The notes: generated by a model from the letters alone, not told the origin. Shown: positions 1-11,282, counted from the stretch's first letter. The stretch: DNA of 64,000 nt from an uncultured Actinomycetota bacterium (GCA_963830575.1 CAWHNR010000005.1:22-64021), one strand, 5' to 3'. Translations and numbers: made by a program.

Positions 1-184
1 CCGTCGGGTTCGACGCGACGAAGGGCGGGTTGTGGTGCTCGCCGGTCGCGAACACGTCGAGCCCGACCTCCTCGGCCTTCCTCGCGATCGCCACGGTCGC
101 CTTGATGCGCTCGTGCTCGGTCGGCGTCCGGCCGGTGGTCGGGTCGGTGGTGACGTCGCCGACGGAGAAGATCCCGATCTGCAT
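1..184 (-). CDS. LLM-class flavin-dependent oxidoreductase (luciferase-like monooxygenase), N-terminal part, runs off window
   Basis: Manual translation from ATG at 184: MQIGIFSVGDVTTDPTTGRTPTEHERIKATVAIARKAEEVGLDVFATGEHHNPPF; GEHH motif; not in ORF track. Confidence 0.85.
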   Translation of the reverse strand, partial: MQIGIFSVGDVTTDPTTGRTPTEHERIKATVAIARKAEEVGLDVFATGEHHNPPFVASNPT

Positions 185-264
185 GGCTGCCTCCTGCTGT
201 CTGGTCCGCGCCATTCGGTGACGCGTCACCTAACTCAGCAACCACGGCGTCCGAGGTATTCCGC

Positions 265-1431
265 TCACGCGGGCTGCCGCCGACGCAGCACCAGCGCCAC
301 GACCCCGCCGGCCAGCAGCGCCCAGAAGGCGGCCCCACCCCGCCGACGGTGACCCCGGACGCCGCGACGACGAAGGCGACCGCAGCCGCCTCCCGGAAGC
401 CGCTCGTCGGAGAGGGCGGAGGCGGCGGCCGAGCCGAAGGTGCCGAGCAGGGCGAGGCCCGCGACGGCCGCGATCACGCCGGCCGGCGCGGCGGCCGACA
501 CCGTGGTGACCAGGGCGGCCAGCGGGCCGAGCACCAGGCACGTCGCCCCGGTCGAGACGCCGGCGACCCAGCGCCCGTCCGGGTCGTCGCCGGCCGCCGG
601 GCCCGCCGCCAGGGCGGCCGAGATCGCGGCGAGGTTGATGGAGTAGCCGCCCAGCGGCGAGGTGAGGGCGGTGGTCGCCCCGGCGTACACCAGCGCCGGG
701 CGCAGGGGAGCGGTCGTAGCCGAACGACCCGAGCACGGCGACGCCCGGGATGTTCTGGCTGGTCATGGTCACGAGGTACAGCGGGACGCCGATCGCCAGC
801 ACGGTGAGAGCGTCGAGGTGCGGCGTCGTCCAGGTGAGGCGCGGGCGCCAGGTCGGCGGCCGGACGTCGCCCAGCGAGCCGCTGACCACGATCACGACGA
901 GCGCCGCGCCGAACGCCCCGGGGACCGCCCAGCGCCGGGCCAGCCGCATCAGGACCAGCCAGGTCAGCGAGCACCGGTGCGATCGCGGCCGGCTCGTCGG
1001 CCAGCGCCCGGAACGGCTCGACGCACAGCACGAGCAGGACGCCGGCGAGCATCGCGTTGGCCAGCGGCATCGGGATGCGGGCCACCCAGTCGCCGAGCGG
1101 GCGCACCAGCCCGGTGAGGGCGTAGAGGAGGCCCGCCACGGCGAACGCGCCGACGGCGTCGGCGTACCCGCCGTCGGGCACGGTGGCACCGGCCAGCAGG
1201 GCGGCGCCCGGGGTCGACCACGCCATCGTCACCGGCAACCGCGTGCGCCAGGAGAACAGCAGCGAGCCCAGCCCCATCGTGACGGTGACGACGAGCAGGC
1301 CGGACGCCGCCTCGGCCGGGTCGGCGCCGACCGCGGCCAGCCCGGTGAGCACCACCGCGAACGCGGAGGTGAACCCGACGACCGCCGTCACGACCCCCGC
1401 GACGACGGCCTGCGAGGTCTGGCTGCTCGCC
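265..1431 (-). CDS. benE: Benzoate/H+ symporter BenE family transporter (frameshifted; start approximate)
   Basis: Segments VVGFTSAFAVV, MAWSTPGAALL, PLYLVTMTSQNIPGVAVL and SINLAAISAAL across ORFs 474-1466, 230-1189 and 265-690. Confidence 0.8.
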
Positions 1432-3225
1432 CTACTCGTCCTTGATCTCGCAGATGACCTGGCCACTGGTGACCGTCGCTCCCACCTCGGCCGCCAGGCC
1501 GGTCACGGTGCCGGCCTTGTGGGCCTTGAGCGGCTGCTCCATCTTCATGGCCTCGATGACGACCACGGTCTCGCCCTCGGCGACCTCCTGGCCCTCGTCG
1601 ACGACGACCTTGACGATGGTGCCCTGCATGGGGCTGGTGACGGCGTCGCCGGACGCCGCGGCGCCGGCCTTCTTGCCCGCGGCGCGCTTGGGCTTCTTGG
1701 CCCACCGCCGCCGCCTGACGACAGCCCGCCGAGCCCGGCCGGGATCACGACCTCGAGCCGCTTGCCGCCGACCTCGACCACCACGGTCTGCCGCTCGCCG
1801 GCCTCGGAGGCCTCCGCGGGCTCGCCGCCGTAGGGGGTGATCTGGTTGTCGAAGTCGGTCTCGATCCAGGTCGTGTAGACCTCGAAGTCCCCGAGCCCGC
1901 TCGGGTTCGAGGCGCCGACGTAGGCGGGGTCGGAGACCACGGCCTGGTGGAAGGGGATCACCGTCGGCATGCCGTCGACGACGAACTCGTCGAGGGCGCG
2001 GCGCGAGCGCTCGAGCGCCTGCTGCCGGGTGGCGCCGGTGACGATCAGCTTGGCGATGAGGGAGTCGAACGAGCCCGGGATGGTCTCGCCGGTGCCGTAG
2101 CCGCCGTCGAGCCGGACGCCGGGGCCGCTCGGCGGGACCCACGCGGACAGGGTGCCGGGGGCGGGCATGAAGTTGCGCGCCGCCGTCCTCGGCGTTGATG
2201 CGGAACTCGATGGAGTGGCCGCGTGACCTGGGGGTCGTCGTAGCCGAGCTCCTCGCCGGCGGCGATGCGGAACATCTCGCGGACGAGGTCGATGTCCGGT
2301 GACCTCCTCGGAGACGCAGTGCTCGACCTGGAGGCGGGTGTTGACCTCGAGGAAGCTGATGGTGCCGTCGGCGGCGACGAGGAACTCGCACGTGCCGGCG
2401 CCGACGTAGCCGGCCTCGCGCAGGATCGCCTTCGACGACTCGTAGAGGCGGGCGACCTGGTCGTCGGTGAGGAACGGCGCGGGCGCCTCCTCGACGAGCT
2501 TCTGGTGGCGGCGCTGCAGCGAGCAGTCGCGGGTGGAGACCACCACGACGTTGCCGTGCTGGTCGGCCAGGCACTGGGTCTCGACGTGGCGCGGCTTGTC
2601 GAGGAACTTCTCGACGAGGCACTCGCCGCGGCCGAAGGCCGAGACCGCCTCGCGGACCGCGGACTCGTAGGCGTCGGGGATCTCCTCCAGCGTGCGGGCG
2701 ACCTTGAGGCCGCGGCCGCCGCCGCCGAAGACGGCCTTGATCGCGACCGGCAGCCCGTTCTCCTTGGCGAACGCGACGACCTCGTCGGCGTCCTTGACCG
2801 GCGTCCTTGGTGCCGGGAGCCAGCGGGGCGTTCGCCTTCTCGCGATCTGCTTGGCCTTGGCCTTGTCGCCGAGCGCCTCGATGGCGGCCGGCGGCGGGCC
2901 GATCCAGACCAGCCCGGCGTCGAGCACGGCCTGGGCGAAGTCGGCGTTCTCGGCGAGGAAGCCGTAGCCCGGGTGCACCGAGTCGGCGCCCGGCCTTCTC
3001 GGCGACCGCGATGATCTTGCCGATGTCGAGGTAGGAGTCGGCCGGGGTCGCGCCGCCGAGCGCGTGGGCCTCGTCGGCCAGGCGCACGAACTGCGCGTCG
3101 CGGTCGGGGTCGGCGTACACGGCGACGCTGCCGATGCCGGCGTCCTTGCACGCCCGGATCACCCGGACGGCGATCTCGCCACGGTTGGCGATGAGGACCT
3201 TCTTGAGCGGCTTGACGTCGGGCAC
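1432..3225 (-). CDS. accA3: Acetyl/propionyl-CoA carboxylase alpha subunit (biotin carboxylase + BCCP), frameshifted
   Basis: [48 protein letters not shown], biotin motif EAMKM. Confidence 0.93.
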   Translation of the reverse strand: MPDVKPLKKVLIANRGEIAVRVIRACKDAGIGSVAVYADPDRDAQFVRLADEAHALGGATPADSYLDIGKIIAVAEKAGRRLGAPGLRLPRRERRLRPGRARRRAGLDRPAAGRHRGARRQGQGQADREKANAPLAPGTKDAGQGRRRGRRVRQGERAAGRDQGRLRRRRPRPQGRPHAGGDPRRLRVRGPRGGLGLRPRRVPRREVPRQAAPRRDPVPGRPARQRRGGLHPRLLAAAPPPEARRGGARAVPHRRPGRPPLRVVEGDPARGRLRRRRHVRVPRRRRRHHQLPRGQHPPPGRALRLRGGHRTSTSSARCSASPPARSSATTTPRSRGHSIEFRINAEDGGAQLHARPRHPVRVGPAERPRRPARRRLRHRRDHPGLVRLPHRQADRHRRHPAAGARALAPRPRRVRRRRHADGDPLPPGRGLRPRLRRRLEPERARGLRGLHDLDRDRLRQPDHPLRRRARGGLRGRRAADRGGRGRRQAARGRDPGRARRAVVRRRRWAKKPKRAAGKKAGAAASGDAVTSPMQGTIVKVVVDEGQEVAEGETVVVIEAMKMEQPLKAHKAGTVTGLAAEVGATVTSGQVICEIKDE

Positions 3226-3429
3226 GTGGGCTCCTGTGCTGGCGATCTGGTGGTGATCTGCTGGCGATCTGAGTGGTCGGACGGGACGCGTGTTCCGACG
3301 CGCAGGTTATCGCCACCCGCCACCGTCGCGGTGGCGGGCCCGAGGGTCGGATGGGTGAGGCGCGGGTGGCACGCGAGCGGCACGGGGGAGCCACGGGGCT
3401 GCCGGGGGAGCGCCGTCGGACCCCGTTCC

Positions 3430-3460
3430 TTGACCTCAACCGCGCTTCAGGTCCTAGCGT
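3430..3460 (+). promoter_or_regulatory. MerR/SoxR-type promoter: TTGACC -19 bp- TAGCGT with dyad ACCTCAA-N6-TTCAGGT
   Basis: -35 at 3430-3435, -10 at 3455-3460, 19-bp spacer containing the near-palindrome 3433-3452; ATG follows 7 nt after the -10. Confidence 0.7.
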
Positions 3461-3467
3461 CACGTCC

Positions 3468-4133
3468 ATGAGGATCGCGGTGCTGGGCACGGGACAGGTC
3501 GGACGCGCGCTGGCGGGGGCCTTCGCCCGCCTCGGGCACGAGGTGAGCGTGGGGACGCGGGACCCGGCGAGCACGACGTCCCGCGAGGAGTACGGCGCCT
3601 GGGCGGCCGACCACCCGGACGTCGCCACGCTCGCCTTCGCCGACGCCGCGGCCGGTGCCGACGTCGTGGTGAACGCGGCGGGGGGCGACGTGTCGCTCGA
3701 CATCCTGGGGCAGGCGGGGCTCGCCGACGGCGTCGTGCTCCTCGACGTCTCGAACCCGCTCGACCACTCCCAGGGCTTCCCGCCGCAGCTGTTCGTCCAG
3801 GGCGACGACTCGCTGGCCGAGACGATCCAGCGCGCCTTCCCGGCGGTCCGTGTCGTGAAGAGCCTCAACACCATGAACAACGGCGTGATGGCCGACCCCG
3901 CCTCGCTGGGCGAGCCGACGTCGGTCTTCGTCTCGGGCGACGACGCCGAGGCGAAGGGCGTGGTGACGGGGCTGCTCACCGCGCTCGGTCACGGCGACGT
4001 GATCGACCTCGGCGACCTGGCCACCGCCCGCGGCGCGGAGATGTTCCTGCCGCTGTGGATCCGGGTCGCGGTCGCCCTGGGCGGCTCCGACTTCAACCTC
4101 AAGGTGGTGCGCGGGCCGTCGCTGGCCCCGTGA
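3468..4133 (+). CDS. NADP-binding oxidoreductase (F420-dependent NADP reductase / dinucleotide-binding family)
   Basis: MRIAVLGTGQVG Rossmann motif, LLDVSNPLD, VVKSLNTM, DLGDLATARGAE. Confidence 0.85.
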   Translation: MRIAVLGTGQVGRALAGAFARLGHEVSVGTRDPASTTSREEYGAWAADHPDVATLAFADAAAGADVVVNAAGGDVSLDILGQAGLADGVVLLDVSNPLDHSQGFPPQLFVQGDDSLAETIQRAFPAVRVVKSLNTMNNGVMADPASLGEPTSVFVSGDDAEAKGVVTGLLTALGHGDVIDLGDLATARGAEMFLPLWIRVAVALGGSDFNLKVVRGPSLAP

Positions 4134-4168
4134 GGCACGGGGCCGCCGGCGTTGCCTATGCTCGGCAC

Positions 4169-4843
4169 GTGGGCACCGTGGAGTACCAGCAGGAGCGCAA
4201 GGGGTTCTGGTACGAACCCGCCGGCACCGGCACCTCGGAGGCCATCGCCCTCGAGACCTGGGCGCGGGTGGCCCACCCGATCCTCGAGGAGACGGCCCAG
4301 GGCTACCACGGGGTGATCAGCGAGGCCGACCTCGTCGAGCGGCTGAAGGCCGAGTCCGGCATCAACACCGCCCGGCCCCACGACCGGTGGCTGCTCAAGG
4401 TCCTCGCGCCCCTCGCACGGGTCCACCACCACGACGGCTACCCGGCCCTGACCGCGCTGGTCGTCGACGAGCGCGGGTGGGTGGGGGAGCGCTACGACGA
4501 CCTGCTGCGTGCCCAGGAGGCGTCCCCCGTGGGCGACCCGGTGGCCCGCGAGAAGCACGCCGCCCGCGCCCGCCTCGCCTGCTACCAGTGGGCCGGCTCG
4601 GCCCCCGAGGACGGCGGCGTTCCCGCCGAGGTGCCGATGTCGGGCGGACGCCGCGCGCCCCGGCCCACCTCGACCCGCACCTCCTCGACCCGTGCCTCCG
4701 CGCCGCGGACGCCCCGCGCCCCCCGTGAGCCCAAGGCGCCGGCGCCCCCCAAGCGGGTGGCGGCCTCCGACCGCCCGGTGACCGTGTGCCCGCGCTGCTT
4801 CATGGCGGTGCCGGCCACGGGTCTCTGCGACAACTGCGACTGA
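4169..4843 (+). CDS. Hypothetical protein with C-terminal four-Cys zinc ribbon
   Basis: ORF with typical codon usage; Pro/Arg/Thr linker followed by CPRCFMAVPATGLCDNCD. Confidence 0.65.
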   Translation: MGTVEYQQERKGFWYEPAGTGTSEAIALETWARVAHPILEETAQGYHGVISEADLVERLKAESGINTARPHDRWLLKVLAPLARVHHHDGYPALTALVVDERGWVGERYDDLLRAQEASPVGDPVAREKHAARARLACYQWAGSAPEDGGVPAEVPMSGGRRAPRPTSTRTSSTRASAPRTPRAPREPKAPAPPKRVAASDRPVTVCPRCFMAVPATGLCDNCD

Positions 4844-4847
4844 GTCG

Positions 4848-4905
4848 GTGACGGGGCCGGTGACGGGGCCGATGGACGGGCCGGTAGCGGGGCCGACGAC
4901 GGGGC
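4848..4905 (+). repeat. Degenerate 12-bp tandem repeat (GTGACGGGGCCG), ~5 copies
   Basis: Visible directly; would encode TGPV/TGPM/DGPV/AGPT at the start of the next gene. Confidence 0.7.
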
Positions 4906-5901
4906 AGCACGACGCCTTCTGGACGTGGTGGACCGCGTCGGGAGCCCGGCGCGTGCGCCGCCGCGATCGCCGACGGCACCGTGGGCGGGCTCGTCGAGGA
5001 GATCACCGAGCGCGTGCACACCGTCAGCGAGGAGCTGGCGTGGGAGCTCGGCCCCGGCGTCACGGCCGAGCACCAGCTGGTCGTGACGGCCGGCGGCAAC
5101 CCGGCCGTGCGGGCCCTGGCCCGCCGGTGGCTGCTGGCGGCCCCGCCCGCCGACGCGACCTGGGAGTACGCCGACGCCAAGCGCGCCGACGCCGACGTCG
5201 AGTCGATGGCCCTGAGCATCGGCGACGACGAGGTGGCCTTCGGCGAGGTCCGGGTCCGCGCCGAGCGCGTGGGCAACCACGTCGACGTCGAGGTGTTCCA
5301 CCCCGCGATGGCCACCCTCCCGGAGCAGGTCCGCAACACCGTCGCCTTCGTCGCCCTCGACTCCGCGCTGGGCGAGATCGACTGCGAGACCTGGATCGGC
5401 GCCGTCGACGTCGTCCTCGACCCGCCGGCCGGTGCCGTGCCGCTGGCCGCGCTGCTCGACGTCGTGGCTGACGTGAGGGCCGACGCGCTGACCGACGACG
5501 GTGACCCGGTGTGGGTCCTGCTGAGCGGGGAGCACGAGGGCCGGCCCGTCATGGCCGCCGCGATGGTGCCGCTCGCCCCGAGCTGGGCACCCCACCTCGA
5601 CCTCCACCTCGGCGTCGAGGTCCCGTACGCCGGGCGGACCGAGGCCGGCCTGCCGGACCCCGCCTCGCTCGACGCGCTGCGCGCCCTCGAGGACCAGCTG
5701 GGCGAACGGCTCGGCGACTCGGCGACGCTGGTGGCACACGAGACCTCGGACGGCCTGCGCCTCCTGCACCTCTACGCCGACTCGACCGGCCCCGCCGTGG
5801 GCCTCGTCGAGACCGCCGTCACCGGCTGGGCGCACGGCGAGGTCGTGGTCGACGCCGAGCCCGACCCCGGCTGGCACGCCGTCCGGCACCTCCGCACCTG
5901 A
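4848..5901 (+). CDS. DUF695-domain protein (frameshifted near 4950)
   Basis: FWTWW N-terminus, LAWELGPG, FVALDSALGE, GLPDPASLDALRALED, C-terminal DPGWHAVRHL. Confidence 0.65.
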
Positions 5902-5913
5902 CGGGGCCACGCT

Positions 5914-5946
5914 GGTCGAGGAGGGACGACGTCTCGTCTCGAGACC
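5914..5946 (+). repeat. REP-like palindrome, short variant
   Basis: GGTCGAGGAG-GGAC-GAC-GTCT-CGTCTCGAGACC between convergent genes. Confidence 0.7.
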
Positions 5947-6002
5947 TCGTGAGGTCACCAGCCACGGCTCACGACGCCAGGTCGCGGCGGAGGCCTCGCG
6001 GC

Positions 6003-6561
6003 TCAGCCCCGGTAGCTGCTGTCGGGCAGCATCTCCGGGCACGTCCCGCCCGGGGTGGTGGCCAGCTCGAAGTGCCAGATCTCGTTCGCGAACGCCTGGC
6101 ACAGCCCGTACCGCGACCCGTGCCGGCCGAGCCAGTCGGCGGCCTCGGTGGGGCCGACGTCGACGGCGTCGCCGGTGACGTGGGCCGACAGGTCGGGCGG
6201 CGAGACGTAGCGGCGGGCCTCGTCCTCGCTGCCGTACCGGTCGACGGCCTCGTCGAAGAGCCGCTGCTGGTGGGCGCGGCTGCGCCAGCCGCTGGTGACC
6301 TGCAGCGTCACGCCGTCCCCGGCGGCGTCGCGAGCTGCCGCGCTCAGGGCCTCGAGCACGTCGGCGTCGAGGTGGGCGACGGTCGGGCTGCCGGTGTCGA
6401 ACGGCAACGCCCGCCGGGTGTTCGTCGCGCCCGGCGTCGTGCTGCGTGGTCGACGACGTCTCCGCGGGGAACGGGGCGGCGCAGCCGAGGGCCAGCAGGG
6501 CGAGGGCGAGCATCGCGGCGGCCAGGCGGGCGGGGACGGGGAGGGCGAGGTCGTCGGTCAC
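6003..6561 (-). CDS. M15 D-alanyl-D-alanine carboxypeptidase (VanY-like), probable lipoprotein
   Basis: GGAGGT RBS before GTG 6561; lipobox LALGC; TSGWRS, SAHVTGDAVD and EIWHF zinc motifs. Confidence 0.82.
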
Positions 6562-6672
6562 ACCTCCGACCCTGGAGCGGCAGCCGCCCGGGCGCCTCCG
6601 TCGCAGGTGCCGCACCGCGGGCCCCCGGGACCGGGCCGCTCCGCCGCGAGGACCGTCGACCGCCTCGACTGT

Positions 6673-6690
6673 GGTTAACAACCGTTAACC
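6673..6690. promoter_or_regulatory. Palindromic operator GGTTAAC-AACC-GTTAACC (GTTAA-N6-TTAAC), AccR/BkaR-type TetR site
   Basis: Perfect AT-rich dyad just upstream of -10 TACAGT (6699-6704) and ATG 6711 of an acyl-CoA dehydrogenase. Confidence 0.7.
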
Positions 6691-6710
6691 GGATCCGTTA
6701 CAGTCGTCCC

Positions 6711-7884
6711 ATGACGTTCGAGCTGTCCCGTGAGCACGAGGAGTTCCGCCGGTCGCGTCCGCGAGTTCGCGGAGGCCGAGATCGCGCCGCACGCCGCGCA
6801 GTGGGACCGCGACCACTACTTCCCGGTCGAGGTGGTGCAGCAGATGGGCAAGCTCGGGCTGTTCGGCCTGACCGCTCCCGAGGAGTTCGGCGGCGCGGGC
6901 GAGGACGGCGACTTCACCAGCCTCTGCGTCGCGATCGAGGAGCTCGGCCGCGTCGACCAGTCGATGGGCATCACGCTCCAGGCAGGCGTCGGCCTCGGCA
7001 TCAACCCGATCCTCACCTACGGCACGGCCGAGCAGAAGGAGGCGTGGCTCCCGGCGCTCGTCGCGGGCGAGCGGCTCGCGGGCTTCGGCCTCACCGAGCC
7101 CGGGGCGGGCTCCGACGCCGGCGCCACCCGCACCAGGGCCGAGCTGGTCAACGGCGAGTGGGTCGTCAACGGCGCCAAGCAGTTCATCACCAACTCCGGC
7201 TCCGAGATCACCAGCGTCGTCACGGTCACCGCCCGCACCGGCACGCGCGAGGACGGCCGCCCGGCCATCAGCGCGATCATGGTCCCGAGCGGCACGCCCG
7301 GCTTCGTGGCGGAGAAGCCCTACGACAAGCTCGGCTGGCACGCCTCCGACACCCACCCGCTCAGCTTCGACGACTGCCACGTGCCGGCCGACCACCTGCT
7401 GGGCGAGGAGGGTCGCGGCTACGCGCAGTTCCTCGCGACCCTGGACGACGGGCGCGTCGCCATCTCGGCACTGAGCGTCGGCTGCATCCAGGCCTGCCTC
7501 GACCTGTCGGTCGCCTACGCCCTCGATCGCCAGACCTTCGGCGGCCCCATCGGCCGCAAGCAGGGCGTCGCCTTCCAGATCGCCGACCTCGAGGTCATGC
7601 TCCAGGCGAGCCGGATGCTCACCTACAAGGCCGCCGCCCTCAAGGACGCCGGCGCGCCCTACCAGCAGTTCAAGCAGGCCGCGTCGATCGCGAAGGTCTA
7701 CTCGACGGAGTCGGCGGTCACCGCGACGCGCATCGCGACGCAGGTCTTCGGCGGCTACGGCTTCATGGAGGAGTACCCGGTCGCGCGCTTCTACCGCGAC
7801 GCCAAGGTGCTCGAGGTCGGCGAGGGCACCTCGGAGGTGCAGCGGATGCTGATCGCGCGAGGGCTGGGTCTTCCCGTCGAATAG
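6711..7884 (+). CDS. Acyl-CoA dehydrogenase
   Basis: FGLTEPGAGSDA, NGAKQFITN, QVFGGYGFMEEYPVARFYRDAKVLEVGEGTSEVQR; frameshift near 6750. Confidence 0.93.
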
Positions 7885-7909
7885 GGCTCCGGCCCCGTAC
7901 GATCAGCGC

Positions 7910-8377
7910 GTGAGTGACCGCTGGCGACGCTACCTGGGTGAGCTGGGGAGGTTCTTCGCCGTCGCCCAGGCCGCCACGTGGGTCTCGTTCCTGATCTTCA
8001 ACGTGCTGCTGCTCGGCTGGTTCGTCGGCGGCCCGCTGCTGCGCGACCAGCCCATCCCGGCCTACGTCCTGGCCAACCTCGTCGGCATGGTCATCAGCTA
8101 TCACGGCGCGCGTGGGTGGGTGTTCCCGCACCGGCCGCCGCAGCAGGCCGACGGCGGCTGGACCGCCTACGTGGTGATCAACCTCGTGGCCATGGTGCTG
8201 CCGGTCGGCTGCCTGTTCCTGAGCCGCCACGTCATCGGCATGGACAGCGCCCTGGCCGACAACCTCGCTGCCAACGGCGTCGGGCTCGTGCTCGCCTTCG
8301 GGGCGCGCTTCTACCTCTTCAAGCGGTACGTCTTCACGCGGCCCGACCCGCAGGCCGAGCCGGTCGCCGTCGCCTGA
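7910..8377 (+). CDS. GtrA family membrane protein
   Basis: ELGRFF N-terminus, four TM segments, ARFYLFKRYVF C-terminus. Confidence 0.78.
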   Translation: MSDRWRRYLGELGRFFAVAQAATWVSFLIFNVLLLGWFVGGPLLRDQPIPAYVLANLVGMVISYHGARGWVFPHRPPQQADGGWTAYVVINLVAMVLPVGCLFLSRHVIGMDSALADNLAANGVGLVLAFGARFYLFKRYVFTRPDPQAEPVAVA

Positions 8378-8386
8378 CCGCTCCGG

Positions 8387-11282
8387 CTACCGGGTGACGG
8401 TGATCGTCCTGGCGGCCGTCGACGGCTTCGTGGTCGCGTTGCCCAGGTAGCTGGCGACGACCTTGGCCTTGCCGGCCTTCAGCCGCGGCAGGGTCACGAC
8501 GACCTTGCCCTTCGCCAGCACGGCGGTCTTCACCGCCTTGCCGTTGACGGTGACCTTGACCGAGCCCTTCGCCGGGGCCGCACCCACCTTGACCACGACG
8601 CTCACCTTCGGCCTCGAACCGGCCTTCGCCTTGGCGGGCGCGGTGAGCGTGACCTTGGAGGCGAGCTTCGCGACCCCCGCGACGGCGTTCGCCGACGTCG
8701 AGCCGACGAGGTCCGACCCGGCGGGGGTGAAGACGGCGCGGTAGGTGTGGGTGCCCGGGCGTCACGCCGTCGAGCACCACCGACCCGGCGCCGGCGACCA
8801 ACGCGGCGGTGCCGCGCGAGGCGGCGCCCTCGAAGAACTCGAGGGACCCCGTGGCGGCCGCGCCGCCGCCGCTGGGCGTCACGGTGCCGGTCAGGGTGAC
8901 CGTGCGCGCGGACACCGCGGTGACCAGGGCGGTCGAGGTCTCGTCGACCACGACGACCTGGACGGGTCCGTCGGTGGAGTCGGCCAGCCGCTCGTCGGTG
9001 GAGGTGAACGACACGCTGTACGTGTGCGTGCCTCGGGTGGTGGCGAGCTCGGTGCTGTAGGCGCCGGCGACCAGGGCGCCACCGCCGACGACGCTGCTGG
9101 TCTCGTCGGTGAACGACACGGTGCCCGTCGCCGCGGGGTCGAGCGGGCCGACCCCCGCCTGCGTCGGGGCGGCGGCGAGCTTCACCGTCAGCGGACCTGT
9201 CGTGGCCACCGTGAAGCCGGGGTCCGACGGGGCCGTGTAGCTGTAGGAGGCCTGCGCCTCGGAGGCCGCGAGGTGGTAGTCGGAGGGCACGAAGGTGAAC
9301 CCGAACGAGTTGCCTCCGGCCTGCAGTGGCGCGGAGACGGTGGCCGTGCCGTCGACGGTGTCGACCGTGCCGAGCACGATGGCCGAGCCCAGGTGCCGGA
9401 CGTCGTACCGACCGACCAGGGGGTACGGCGAGGTCCCGTCCGCGGGGGTCGTGGCCAGCGTGTAGGTGGCGGTGGAGCCCGTGCGGGACACGAAGGTCGC
9501 GGTGGTGGTCGTGGCCTCTCCGGCGTAGGGGGACCAGCAGCAGCGTGAACGGGTTGGCCGCGTTGATGCCGTAGCCGTCGACGCGGACGAGGTAGGTCGT
9601 GCCGGTCTCGGCGAGGAAGTCGACGCGGGAGAGGAAGTTGCCGCCGGGTGCGTCGATGTCGTCGTTGAACGCCACCTCGGTGAGCGTGTCGCCGGCGACC
9701 TCGTACACGGCGAGCAGGGTCTCGGTCGACGAGGTCGGCGACGACGTCTCGAAGACCGTGCCGCCGGTGGCGACGGGGGTGCAGCTCCACCACACCGAGC
9801 GGCTCCCGGCGTTCGGGACCCCCAGGTCGGGATCGCCCGCCTGCGGCGTCGCGAACCGGTGGTCGCCCGGGGGTGCTGCCGGTGGCGCCGGTGATCGCGG
9901 GCGGGCTCAGCCGGTCGTCGTTGGCCGGCGGCAGGTACCCGAAGGTGCCGGTGACGGCATCGCCCGCGTCGCCCGGGAGGGTGCCGACCAGGATCCGGTA
10001 CGTCGTACCCGGGGTCGCCTCGAGCTGGACGGCGGAGCGTACGTCGGTACCCGGCGCGACGTCGTCGTTGCACGCGATCGCCGTGGCGGGCGTGGCTGCA
10101 CCGGTGCCCGGGAACACGCACAGGTAGGTGTTGCGCCCCGCGGGGGACGTGCTGGTGTCGAAGCGCGCCGAGCCGGGGTACGGGGCGGTCCAGGTCAGCC
10201 AGACGGTGCGCGTGCCGGGCGCCGGGCTCGGCTCGCCCGCGGTCTCGGTGGCGTTGAGCGTCGTGGTGGAGAACGTGCCGCTCCCGGTGCCGGGCCCCAG
10301 CGCCACCGCGGTCGCGCCCACCGGGGTGTCGTTCACCGGCGGGTCGGTGGCCGGGTCGCGGAACGAGAGCGTGAAGGACAGCGGTCCCGGGTCGCTGGCG
10401 CCTCCGGGTTGTGCCCGGAACGTGCCGACCTGCACGTAGTAGGTGGTGCCGGCCGTGACGGCACGGTTGAGCGCGCTGTAGTTGCCGGTCGAGCTGTCGT
10501 CGTCGCAGCCCACGAACGCGAGCGAGTTGGCGGCCGGCATCGACGCCGGGCCGGAGTAGAGCCGCACGACGGTGTCGCCGCCCTGGGGTCCGAAGGTCTC
10601 GAAGGCGCGCTGACCGGCGTCGGCGGCGGTGAACGTGAACCAGACCGAGTTGTTGAGCGCGGTGCACCCGCTCTGGCTGCCGGCTCACCGGTCTCGTTGG
10701 TGGCGTCGACGTTGTTGACCTGCGTCAGCCCGCTCGAGAGCGGCGTCGCGGCGGCGAGGTTGTCGTTGGCGGGCGCGACGGTCGCGAAGGTCAGCGCGGT
10801 CGGTGATCGGCCGCGCTCGTCGAGTAGGTGCCGAGCTGCACGTAGTAGGTGGTGCCGGCGGTCACCTGGGTCACCACGCGCGAGGTGAACGGACCACCCA
10901 GGGCGACGTCGTCGTTGCAGCCCACCTGTCGGAGCCCGCGTAGGTCGCCCCGTTCGCCGGACCCGTGTAGAGCGCCGAGCACCGTGTCGCCGCTGCTGGT
11001 CTCGAGCCGGACCGTGCGCGACTTGTCGGCGGTGAAGGAGAACCACACGCGTCCGGTTGTTGAGGGTGCAGTCACCGGAGGCGGCACGGGTTCCCCGGGC
11101 TCGCTGGTGGCCTCGGCGAAGCTCATGCCGTTGACCGTGGTGTAGGCGAGCGGGATCGCGCCGGGCAAGTGGTCGTTGACGGGAGGGGCGGCCAGGGCCG
11201 GCGCGGCTCCCAGGCCGAGCAGGGTGGCGCCGAGGGCGAGGGTGGCGATGACGGCGAGGGCGCGGCGAGGACGGAGGGGCAC
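8387..11282 (-). CDS. Large secreted modular protein: repeated beta-sandwich (PPC-like) modules plus C-terminal Ig-like domains (frameshifted)
   Basis: Signal peptide ending APALA; recurring PxND...VWF...(C)NDD...GTTYYVQxGT units; GSLEFFEG Big-like domain; basic GKAKVVASYLGN tail. Confidence 0.65.

Noticed and set aside
240-262. SigR/SigH-type promoter (GGAAT...GTT) for the LLM oxidoreductase
   Set aside because: The spacer is 15 nt rather than the expected 17-18; not supportable unless bases were lost in sequencing.
6003-6561. VanY-like gene as part of the van-like operon
   Set aside because: It is 23 kb away and unlinked; M15 carboxypeptidases are common stand-alone genes.
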